NCBI GenBank assembly: GCA_963697875.1
Contig: OY969099.1
Location: forward strand, 986,736 to 1,050,735
Reading direction: 5' to 3'
Length of the DNA: 64,000 nucleotides
From: an uncultured Actinomycetes bacterium
GTDB taxonomy: Bacteria; Actinomycetota; UBA4738; HRBIN12
Position numbers and translations under genes: made by a program
Notes under the pieces: generated by a model
What the model saw: the letters and a program-made list of their open reading frames with translations, nothing else
What the model was told of the DNA's origin: nothing
Databases searched by the model: none
Part shown: piece after piece, positions 9,626 to 16,886 of the stretch
Layout: every line of letters begins with the position of its first letter
Position numbering within the stretch: position 1 is the first letter of the stretch

Positions 9626-9991
9626 GTGGACGAAGGGGATCCCTTCGCCGAACGGCTCGAGGAGCTCGAAGAAGACTGTCGGGATCTCGCCGTGCGGCTC
9701 GAGCGGCTGCGCGAGGCGGTCGCTCAGATCCGAGCCATGCGCGCCGAGGGACGGCCGGTCTCGGAGATCGTCGGAGCCGGGCCGGGCGGCTCCGCCAGGC
9801 GCGAGGTCCGCGACTCCTGGTCCCGGGTCAACCGTGCCCTGCACGAGTACCGGGTGCAGGTGGTGAAGACCCTGGTCGACGACGAGGGCTTCAGCATCGC
9901 CGACGCCGCCCGGTGCACCGGGAACGCGCGGCAGGTGACCTCGCGTCTGTACCACGCCTCGATGGGCTGGTCGGACGCCGACGACGGATGA
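9626..9991 (+). CDS. Hypothetical protein (121 aa), possibly DNA-binding
   Basis: GTG start with a GGAGGTGA RBS. Coiled-coil-like N-terminus. No recognisable motif. Confidence 0.4.
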   Translation: MDEGDPFAERLEELEEDCRDLAVRLERLREAVAQIRAMRAEGRPVSEIVGAGPGGSARREVRDSWSRVNRALHEYRVQVVKTLVDDEGFSIADAARCTGNARQVTSRLYHASMGWSDADDG

Positions 9992-10040
9992 CCACGTTCA
10001 CCGGACGGTCACGTCGCAGCGATAAGCGAGCGGCCCGTGA

Positions 10041-10373
10041 TCAGCGCGAGACGAGGTGGACCTGCGCCCAGTCGACGAGCGCCAGCAGCGGTCCCCGCAA
10101 CGCCTCGCCGTCGTCGGTCAGCCGGTAGACCGTCGCGAGCGGCGGTCCGGGCTTCACCTCCCGCTCCACGAGGCCGAACCGCTGCAACTCGGCCAGGCGC
10201 GTGGACAACATGCCCTCGGTGATGCCCGGGATCCCCTGCGCGAGCTCGCCGAACCGGGCCGGACGCTCCAGCAGGGTGCCGATGATCACGCCCGTCCACC
10301 GCTTGCCCAGCAGCGAGAAGACGCTCGACAGCGCGGTGTCGCAGTGCACCGGATCGACCTGGACGCGTTCCAC
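10041..10373 (-). CDS. HxlR/DUF24-family winged-helix transcriptional regulator (YodB/HypR-like)
   Basis: LLGKRWT helix and ARFGEL recognition helix. N-terminal Cys11 (VHCDTAL) sits where thiol-sensing members carry their sensing Cys. Divergent from the VOC gene. Confidence 0.85.
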   Translation of the reverse strand: MERVQVDPVHCDTALSSVFSLLGKRWTGVIIGTLLERPARFGELAQGIPGITEGMLSTRLAELQRFGLVEREVKPGPPLATVYRLTDDGEALRGPLLALVDWAQVHLVSR

Positions 10374-10456
10374 CCGGCCATCGTACCGGGCGGCTCTGCT
10401 AGTCTCCTAGCTACTACGAAAATCGGAGCCAAGCGAGTGGGAGGCGGGCAGGCGGC

Positions 10457-10912
10457 ATGGCGATCCAGGTGAAGGAGCTCGGCCATCTCGTGCTGTACGC
10501 CCGAGACCTCGAGCGGTCCCGCCACTTCTACCGCGACGTGCTGGGCTGGAACGAGGTGATCGAGTCGCCGATGCCGGGCGCGGCGCTCTTCTCTTCGGGC
10601 CGGACCCACCACGAGCTGCTGCTGCTCGAGGTCGGGCCGGGCGCGGCGCCGATCCCGGAAGGCCGGCGCGTCGGCATGTACCACTTCGGGCTGAAGATCG
10701 GCGAGACCGACGACGAGGTCCGCGACGCGCTCCAGACCCTGCTCGACGCGGGCGTCGAGATCGTCGGCACGGCCGACCACACGGTCACGCACAGCATCTA
10801 CGTGCTCGACCCCGACGGGAACGAGATCGAGCTGTACATCGACGTGCAGCCCGAGATCTGGCGCGACGACCCGTCGGCGATCCTCGCGCCGATCCGTCCT
10901 CTGCGCATCTGA
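10457..10912 (+). CDS. VOC family protein (glyoxalase/bleomycin-resistance/dioxygenase fold)
   Basis: LGHLVLYARDLERSRHFYRDVLGW...HHELLLLE...GMYHFGLKI...HSIYVLDPDGNEIEL follows the duplicated beta-alpha-beta-beta-beta pattern. Confidence 0.8.
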   Translation: MAIQVKELGHLVLYARDLERSRHFYRDVLGWNEVIESPMPGAALFSSGRTHHELLLLEVGPGAAPIPEGRRVGMYHFGLKIGETDDEVRDALQTLLDAGVEIVGTADHTVTHSIYVLDPDGNEIELYIDVQPEIWRDDPSAILAPIRPLRI

Positions 10913-10925
10913 ACCGCCCGAGTGT

Positions 10926-11618
10926 TTGACCCTCCCCGGGGCGACCGGTAGCTTCGGCGAGGTCGTGACCGCCGACGTGCTCGCCCCCCCGACGTTCCTC
11001 GCGGCCGGACTCCTCGCGGTCGCCGGCGCCGCGAAGCTCGCCGACCCCGGCGCCGCCGCGCAACTGCTCGCAGACGTCGGGGTCCCCCACGGGCGTGCGG
11101 CGGCGCGACTCCTCGGGGCAGCCGAGGTCGCGGCGGCGGGCTGGGCGCTCCTCGCCCCCCGCGGCGCGTACGCCGTGGCGTGCGCCTACCTCCTGTTCTC
11201 GGCGTTCCTCGCCTACGTCCTGGTCGCGCGCCCGGACGCCGGCTCCTGCGGATGCGCCGGCTCCAAGACCGTGCCGCCCAGCGCGCTGCACCTCTCGCTC
11301 GACGTACTGGCCGGGGTCGCGGCGCTCGGTCATGCGCTCGCCGGCGGCTCCGGCGGGTGGGGTTGGATAGCGTCGCTCGGAACGGGCGCGGTGCCGGTCC
11401 TCGGCGGGCTCGTCCTCGCGGGTTGGGTCGCCACGGTCGCCGTCGCCGAGGCGCCCGGATCGTGGCGGTCCTGGAGGCCGGGCGGTCCCGAGGAGCACGA
11501 CCACCCCGCCCACGACCACCCGCGCGCCGACGAGGCGCTCGCCCTCGCCGGGATCGGACCAGGGCACCCGAGCTTGTGGCCGAGCACCGCGGGCGAGGGC
11601 GGGGACCGGACGGCATGA
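10926..11618 (+). CDS. MauE/DoxX-like redox-associated membrane protein with a His-rich C-terminal tail
   Basis: Four predicted TM helices. Conserved-looking GSCGCAGS motif after TM3, as in the MauE family. C-terminal EEHDHPAHDHP. Alternative GTG start at 10965. The stop overlaps the next start (ATGA). Confidence 0.55.
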   Translation: MTLPGATGSFGEVVTADVLAPPTFLAAGLLAVAGAAKLADPGAAAQLLADVGVPHGRAAARLLGAAEVAAAGWALLAPRGAYAVACAYLLFSAFLAYVLVARPDAGSCGCAGSKTVPPSALHLSLDVLAGVAALGHALAGGSGGWGWIASLGTGAVPVLGGLVLAGWVATVAVAEAPGSWRSWRPGGPEEHDHPAHDHPRADEALALAGIGPGHPSLWPSTAGEGGDRTA

Positions 11619-12199
11619 CCTCGGCGGTCCTCGAGCGGGCGATGCGCGTCGTCGAGCCCAGACGGTCGCGCCGTCGCCGGCTGGAGCGATTCGCGGAGGC
11701 CGCGAGCGCCCTGTCGGTCGCCCCGCTCGCGTACACGGCGCGACCGGTCACCGCGCGGTCCGTGCTTCACCGTACCTGCTCGTCCTGTCCCTCGGGATCG
11801 CGGTGCTGCGGCGGATACACAGCCTTCTGCTGCACGCTGCCGGGCGGGTCCAACTTCGGGTGCCCGCCGAACACGTTCGTCGGCGGCTGGTGGCAGTGCA
11901 ACTACGGCTCGGGCAACCTCTGCTCCACGACGAACGTGCGCTACTACCTGGACTGCTCGATGAACAGCGGGCACGCCTGCCCCGGCGGCTGCCATTGCGG
12001 GAACGACAGCTGCGCGAACTTCAAGACCTGCTGCGTCGTCTTCCGCTACGGGAACTGCAACACCGACATCCCCTACGTGACGCCGATCCTCTGCAGGCTC
12101 GTCACGTGCGTGATCCCCTGCCGGATCGATTGCCTGGACTGCAATTGCAGTGCGGCGGTCGACCAGACGACGTGCCGGCACGAGGCAGGCTGCCTGTGA
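11615..12199 (+). CDS. Hyper-cysteine-rich protein (194 aa, 25 Cys in the C-terminal about 140 aa), possibly Tat-exported
   Basis: ATG overlaps the upstream stop. The N-terminal RRSRRRRLERF + Ala-rich segment + AYTA resembles a twin-arginine signal. The domain carries CC and CxC pairs, one WW pair and no second Trp. Confidence 0.6.
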   Translation: MTSAVLERAMRVVEPRRSRRRRLERFAEAASALSVAPLAYTARPVTARSVLHRTCSSCPSGSRCCGGYTAFCCTLPGGSNFGCPPNTFVGGWWQCNYGSGNLCSTTNVRYYLDCSMNSGHACPGGCHCGNDSCANFKTCCVVFRYGNCNTDIPYVTPILCRLVTCVIPCRIDCLDCNCSAAVDQTTCRHEAGCL

Positions 12200-12834
12200 G
12201 CAACAGCGTCCTGACCTCGCTCGTCGTGGTGGAGACCATCCTGCTCGGCCTGCTCGCCGTGATCGTCGTTGCCCTGCTGCGGAGCCACGCCGAGATCCTC
12301 CGCCGGCTGCCGGCCTCCGAGGACCCCTCGGTGGTGCACGACGGCGACGAGCCGACGACGATCCCCGACTACCTGCCGCACCCGACCGGCCTGGTGAGCG
12401 TCGCGCACGACGTCAGCGGACCGACCGTGGACGGGCAGCAGGTCACGATCTCGATGACCTCGGGCACGGACACGCTCGTCACGTTCCTGTCGACCGGGTG
12501 CCTCACCTGCCGGACCTTCTGGCAGGGGCTGCGCGAGGGTGCCGCCTCGACGCTCCCGCGACGGCCGCGCGTCGTCGTCGTGGTCAAGGACCGGGCGCTC
12601 GAGAGCCCGTCCAAGCTCCTCGAGTTGGCACCCTCGGACCTTCCGGTGGTGCACTCGTCGGAGGCGTGGACGGCGTTCGGGGTCTCGATGTCGCCGTACT
12701 TCTGCTTCGTCGACGGCAGCACCGGAGAGGTCCGCTTCGAGGGCGCCGCCACCTCGTGGCCCCAGGTGGCGTCGTTGCTGCGCGATGCGCTCCTCGACGA
12801 GGAGATCGCTGCCGGCGAACGAGCGAGGGGGTGA
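12196..12834 (+). CDS. Membrane-anchored thioredoxin-fold thiol:disulfide oxidoreductase (TlpA/ResA/MauD-like), CxxC = CLTC
   Basis: GTG overlaps the upstream stop (GTGA), with GAGGCAGG 6 nt upstream. N-terminal TM helix. FLSTGCLTCRTFW motif and the later ...SPYFCFVDG... redoxin-like beta strand. Confidence 0.65.
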   Translation: MSNSVLTSLVVVETILLGLLAVIVVALLRSHAEILRRLPASEDPSVVHDGDEPTTIPDYLPHPTGLVSVAHDVSGPTVDGQQVTISMTSGTDTLVTFLSTGCLTCRTFWQGLREGAASTLPRRPRVVVVVKDRALESPSKLLELAPSDLPVVHSSEAWTAFGVSMSPYFCFVDGSTGEVRFEGAATSWPQVASLLRDALLDEEIAAGERARG

Positions 12835-12836
12835 CG

Positions 12837-12908
12837 ATGGACGCGTTGTTGGCGATGGGGACCGTGCTCGCGCTCGTGGCGGGCGGGCGCTCCACGTGGT
12901 CGCCCTGA
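12837..12908 (+). CDS. Possible 23-aa hydrophobic micro-ORF (MDALLAMGTVLALVAGGRSTWSP) inside the operon
   Basis: GAGGGGG RBS 5 nt upstream of the ATG. The position is intergenic in an otherwise overlapping operon. Unverifiable from sequence alone. Confidence 0.25.
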   Translation: MDALLAMGTVLALVAGGRSTWSP

Positions 12909-12917
12909 GGAGCCTCG

Positions 12918-13514
12918 ATGCTGGGAAGCATCACCCCGCTCGGCGAGCGGGGACGCGGCTCCAGGTGGTGGCTCACCGTATCGGCGTACCTCGTCGGATC
13001 GGTCGTCGGGGGGTCGTTCGCCGGCGCCCTGGTGGGGCTCGCGGGTTCGATCGTCGTCGGCAGCCTCTCGATCGCGGTGCGCCTGACGATCCTGGTGGTC
13101 GGGCTCGTCGCCGGGCTGGCGCTCGAGCTCGGCGCCTTCGGGCTCCATCTCCCGACCGCGCGGCGGCAGGTCGACGACGAGTGGCGCACGCGCTACCGGG
13201 GATGGCTGTGGGGACTCGGGTTCGGACTGCAGCTCGGGGTGGGTGTCGTGACGATCGTGACGACGTCGACCGTCTACGCCGTCTGGCTGGCGTCGGCGCT
13301 CAGTGGGGGCATCCGGGCGGGGGCCCTGATCGGGACGGTGTTCGGGCTGGCTCGTGCGCTGCCCGTCCTCACCGTCGCCGGCGTGCACCGGCCCACGCAA
13401 CTGCTCCGGGTCGATGCGACGCTCGCGCGGTTCGCGGCGCCCGCGCGCAGGATCTCGTACGCGGCCGTGGGCGGTCTGGCCGCGCTAGGGGTCGTGGGGG
13501 TGGTTCGATGGTGA
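12918..13514 (+). CDS. Polytopic integral membrane protein (4-5 TM, Cys-free), unknown function
   Basis: GAGGAG RBS 5 nt upstream of the ATG. Gly/Ala/Val-rich TM segments. The stop overlaps the next start (ATGGTGA). Confidence 0.5.
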   Translation: MLGSITPLGERGRGSRWWLTVSAYLVGSVVGGSFAGALVGLAGSIVVGSLSIAVRLTILVVGLVAGLALELGAFGLHLPTARRQVDDEWRTRYRGWLWGLGFGLQLGVGVVTIVTTSTVYAVWLASALSGGIRAGALIGTVFGLARALPVLTVAGVHRPTQLLRVDATLARFAAPARRISYAAVGGLAALGVVGVVRW

Positions 13515-13960
13515 CCGTGCAGGGTCACGGTCTCGCCGTGCAGGTGGCGAACGGATGGGAGGCGCGGATGTGGCTGCCCGGTCTGCCACCGCCGGCGATC
13601 AACCGACCTGTGATCCGTCTGGCCAACTTCGCGCTGCCGTTCTCGCGCGACACGTACGCCGACGACGTCGCCCAGGCTCTCGAGGCCGGAGCGGTGGTGG
13701 CCTCCCTCGTCGAGTTCGAGCCCGCGCTGGCGGGCCGGGGCCTGTACTCGGCGGCCGGGGTGCCGGCCTTCGGCGAGTCCGACCTCGATCCCCGTGCCGT
13801 TCAGGTCCAAGGCCACGGCCGCGCGGGGATGCAGCGGTTCTTCTCCGTCGCCGGACGTCCGTTCAGCCTGTACGTCGTGGCCCGCCGTGGCCGCGGACTC
13901 GGGCGTGCCCTCGATGAGCTCGCCGCGATGATCCGATCCCTCACCGTGGAGGCGCCGTGA
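13508..13960 (+). CDS. Hypothetical soluble protein (151 aa)
   Basis: Coupled to its neighbours by overlapping start and stop codons. No motif recognised. Confidence 0.45.
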   Translation: MVTVQGHGLAVQVANGWEARMWLPGLPPPAINRPVIRLANFALPFSRDTYADDVAQALEAGAVVASLVEFEPALAGRGLYSAAGVPAFGESDLDPRAVQVQGHGRAGMQRFFSVAGRPFSLYVVARRGRGLGRALDELAAMIRSLTVEAP

Positions 13961-14556
13961 CGCTCCTGTGGATCGCGGTGGCCGTCCTGGGGGGCCTGGG
14001 GCTCTGGCTCGGGCTGGCTCTGGCGGGCGCCGTCCGCGAGCTCGTCGTGCTCCGCGCACGCGTCGACGCGCTCGAGGCCGGGGCCGGCGCGCCGGACCAC
14101 CTCGCGTCGGGACTCCCGCCGGGCGCGCCGGCCCCGGCGTGGGAGGCGATCGACGCCGACGGGTCGCCGGTCTCCTCCAGGATCTTCACCGGCCGCCGTC
14201 ACCTGCTCTTGTTCGCCGACGCCGACTGCGCGGCGTGCGACGACATCGTTCCGTTCGTGGTGCGCGCGTCCGCGGAGGGGTCGCTTCCGCCGGCGGCGGT
14301 GATCGCGGGCGAACCATTGGACCACGCACCCGCCACGTGGCGCCCGTCGGCGGGCCGAGGCACGGTCGTGGTCGGGGCGGAGCGCGGGCGCGACGTCTCC
14401 GCGCGCTACCACGTCGACATCACCCCGACGGTCTTCGTCGTGGACGAAGGCGGGTTCGTCGCAGCTCGAGGAGCGCCGACGTCGCCGGACGAGACGCGCG
14501 ACCTGGTCGCGAGCGCGGACGGGATCCGGATCGTCGCGGGAGCAGGCGATGGCTGA
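13957..14556 (+). CDS. Second membrane-anchored thioredoxin-fold protein (TlpA-like), CxxC = CAAC
   Basis: GTG overlapping the upstream stop. N-terminal TM (LLWIAVAVLGGLGLWLGLALAG). LLLFADADCAACDD motif. The ...ARYHVDITPTVFVVDEGG... stretch is typical of the redoxin fold. Confidence 0.6.
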   Translation: MTLLWIAVAVLGGLGLWLGLALAGAVRELVVLRARVDALEAGAGAPDHLASGLPPGAPAPAWEAIDADGSPVSSRIFTGRRHLLLFADADCAACDDIVPFVVRASAEGSLPPAAVIAGEPLDHAPATWRPSAGRGTVVVGAERGRDVSARYHVDITPTVFVVDEGGFVAARGAPTSPDETRDLVASADGIRIVAGAGDG

Positions 14557-14818
14557 TCCGATCACCCGGCGCGGCTTCCTGTCCCGCACGTCGGCGGCGG
14601 CCCTCGTCGGGTTCGCGGCGGTCGCCGGCGTCGGTGGTGAGCGCCGGGCGTCCGCGCACGTCCGGCCCGCGCCGTGCCGGGTGCGCTGCGAGCCGATCAG
14701 CCGGACGGGCTGCGCGTGCGGCGGCAACCTCTATCGCTGCTCGGGATGCGGAACCAGGTTCCACGCGTGCGTGCACCGCGGCCGGTTCGGCTGGTTCTGT
14801 CTCAGGCGCTCCTGCTGA
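14549..14818 (+). CDS. Small Tat-signal cysteine-rich protein (89 aa, 10 Cys in a 59-aa mature part)
   Basis: TRRGFLSRTSAAALVGFAAVAGVGG twin-arginine signal. Mature part CRVRCEP...CACGG...CSGCGTRFHACVHRGRFGWFCLRRSC. Its ATG overlaps the upstream gene. Confidence 0.55.
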   Translation: MADPITRRGFLSRTSAAALVGFAAVAGVGGERRASAHVRPAPCRVRCEPISRTGCACGGNLYRCSGCGTRFHACVHRGRFGWFCLRRSC

Positions 14819-14819
14819 G

Positions 14820-16124
14820 TCAGACCCCGGAGCGCATCCCCACGAGGTAGGCGGAGAAGCCGATCTGGTAGCGGTCGAACGCCACGCGCCGGACCCCGCC
14901 CGAGGTGACCGCCAGCGACGGCTCGTCGTTGATCCGGTACGGCAGGTTCGACGCGTCGGTGAGCCGCTGCGGGGCGGGCCACGTCCGCCCGTCGCTCGAC
15001 TCCGCGAAGACGACGTCGACGCGGGCTCCCGCCGGTGCCGCGCAGTCGTTGCTGAGACGCGCGTTGCGCCTGCACGCGGCCACGGCGAGTAGCAGGGCGG
15101 AGTTCCCGGAAGGCAGCACGGCCGGCCCGTACCCGTCGGTGTAGATGGTCCCTCCCGCCGTGAACCCCCACGTCGCGGCGACCGTTTCGTCCCCGAGTCG
15201 CCGGGTGTCGAGCACACGCACCCCGATGCCTCCCGGCGTCGCGTAGGCGAACGCAACCCTCGGGGTCGCGGCGTCCGCGGAGCCGCCCACGGCCGGGTAC
15301 CGCAGGTCCGGATGAGGACTGGCCGGCGTGAGCTCGACCGGGGTCGACGTCGCGCCGAGGTCCGTGGCGTCGGCGTCGGAGGTGAGCGCCACCTGCCTGC
15401 CCGCCGCATCGGCGATCCAGCCGATGCCCACGAGCGCGCCACTGGCCCCCACGTCGGGAAGGCCCGCGAACCCCGTGACCGTCGCGGCGCCCATCGTGGT
15501 GGTGCCGATGCTCCGCCGCACCCAGGTACGGCCGGCGTCGGCGCTTCGAGCCAACCTGATCGCTCCCGAGTTCGCGTCGGTCCACACGGCGTACAGGTGC
15601 CGGCCGCTGGCCGCCAGGCGCGGATAGTCGACGCGCCCCTTCGGGGGGGACAGGCGGATCGGCTTGCCCCAAGTGTCACCTTCGTTCCGGGTCACACGGA
15701 CCCAGAACGCGCGCGGCGCACGGGGTCGGAAGTGCACGTATCGCGTCTGCGTGACCCACCCGACCACCACGACGTTGCCGGATGCGGCGATCGCGGCGCG
15801 TTCGGCGTGACGGCCCTTCGGGCTGATGCGCCGGGGTTTCTTCCAGGCGACCGGCGTGCCCCCCTGCCGTCCCCGCTGGACGAACACGCCCATCCACGGC
15901 CCCCTGTTCGTGGCGCACTCCTCGCTGGGCGGCGGGCAGTCGCTCGCCCACACAGAGAAGATCCGGTGGGTCGAGACCGCGAGCCCCTCGCCCGGGTTCC
16001 AGGACCATCGCGCGCCCGCACGCTGCGCCGGGCCGAACGAGACGGCCGACGCCGGCGCGGACAGCAGCGCGATCGCCCCCGCGACCACGAGCGCCGCCGC
16101 GATGCGCGCCTGCCGACGCCTCAA
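14820..16124 (-). CDS. Secreted BNR/Asp-box repeat (sialidase-like beta-propeller) protein
   Basis: N-terminal signal peptide (AAALVVAGAIALLSAPASA). Multiple S-x-D-x-G-x-T-W Asp-boxes (NEGDTWGKP, SADAGRTW, SSDGRTWPAP). Confidence 0.65.
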   Translation of the reverse strand: MRRRQARIAAALVVAGAIALLSAPASAVSFGPAQRAGARWSWNPGEGLAVSTHRIFSVWASDCPPPSEECATNRGPWMGVFVQRGRQGGTPVAWKKPRRISPKGRHAERAAIAASGNVVVVGWVTQTRYVHFRPRAPRAFWVRVTRNEGDTWGKPIRLSPPKGRVDYPRLAASGRHLYAVWTDANSGAIRLARSADAGRTWVRRSIGTTTMGAATVTGFAGLPDVGASGALVGIGWIADAAGRQVALTSDADATDLGATSTPVELTPASPHPDLRYPAVGGSADAATPRVAFAYATPGGIGVRVLDTRRLGDETVAATWGFTAGGTIYTDGYGPAVLPSGNSALLLAVAACRRNARLSNDCAAPAGARVDVVFAESSDGRTWPAPQRLTDASNLPYRINDEPSLAVTSGGVRRVAFDRYQIGFSAYLVGMRSGV

Positions 16125-16681
16125 CGCATCGTCCAGGTGGGCTGCTTGTTCGGGTCGAGGAACTGCACGAAGGGCGACCCGTCGTTCGCCAGGCCGACGA
16201 CCACCCGCAGCTCGCCACTCGGATCGAGCAGGCGCAGCACGGGCGACCCGGCGGCCGCCAGACCGAGCCGCACGCGGACCTTCCCGGCGTCGTCGTAGAG
16301 CCCCAGCGTCGGGGAGCCTTGCTCGGCGAGCTTGTAGCGGTGGTGGAGCTCGCCGTCCTCGACCTCGATGCCCATCGTCGGCGACGCGTCGGAGCCCAGT
16401 CCGAACTTCGCGCGGATCCGCCCGTTCTTGTCGCCGAACGCGAGCGAGGCAGATCCGTCCGAGGAGAGCCCCAGCGTGGCCCGCACCTTCCCGTTGTCGT
16501 CGGCGATCGCGAGCCCGGCGGCTCCGTCGGACTGCACGCCGAACCTGGCTCGCACCGAACCGTCGTCGTCGAGCATGGAGAAGAAGGGCAGATCGTCGTG
16601 CGACAGACCGATCCGCAGCCGGACACGGCCCTGCTCGTCGACGACCTCGAACTCCTCGGCTCGGACGACGCGCTTCTTCAT
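16121..16681 (-). CDS. Repeat protein with six about 23-aa D-x-x-G-x-(V/I)R-x-x-(L/F)G(L/V)-x-x-DG-S repeats
   Basis: The internal periodic repeat is obvious in translation. The stop overlaps the BNR gene start. The start is uncertain: alternative in-frame ATGs at 16759 and 16849. Confidence 0.45.
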   Translation of the reverse strand: MKKRVVRAEEFEVVDEQGRVRLRIGLSHDDLPFFSMLDDDGSVRARFGVQSDGAAGLAIADDNGKVRATLGLSSDGSASLAFGDKNGRIRAKFGLGSDASPTMGIEVEDGELHHRYKLAEQGSPTLGLYDDAGKVRVRLGLAAAGSPVLRLLDPSGELRVVVGLANDGSPFVQFLDPNKQPTWTMR

Positions 16682-16886
16682 CGGGGACGGATGCGCTGCG
16701 CAGAAGGACTCCGCACCGCGCACGTCATCGTCCCGCACGCGCGGCGCCCGCTCAAGCATGGAGGGCGCACAAAGTGAGAAGTCGCCGGAACCCGAGGGCC
16801 CCAGCGACTTCTCGCCACGATTTCTACCCCGGCCGGCCGAAACGGTCAACCTGGGGACCGGATTTTGTCACTCTTTTCCCCCGGGA

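Noticed and set aside
9546-10128. Several overlapping Arg-rich ORFs around the hypothetical gene 9626-9991
   Set aside because: Alternative frames with biased composition. Only the frame with an RBS-preceded GTG and a balanced composition is kept, at low confidence.
11615-12199. Calling the Cys-rich protein a bona fide methylamine dehydrogenase light chain (MauA)
   Set aside because: The similarity is limited to a short Cys-rich motif recalled from memory. The second TTQ tryptophan and the heavy subunit, MauG and amicyanin genes are absent. Kept only as a speculative resemblance.
10926-14818. RiPP (sactipeptide/ranthipeptide/lanthipeptide) biosynthetic cluster
   Set aside because: No radical-SAM, YcaO, LanB/C/M, peptidase-ABC exporter or other maturase gene is present in or near the operon.
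15676-16626. 316-aa minus-strand Ser/Thr/Pro/Arg-rich ORF
   Set aside because: An alternative frame overlapping both the BNR and repeat-protein genes. Compositionally a frame artefact.
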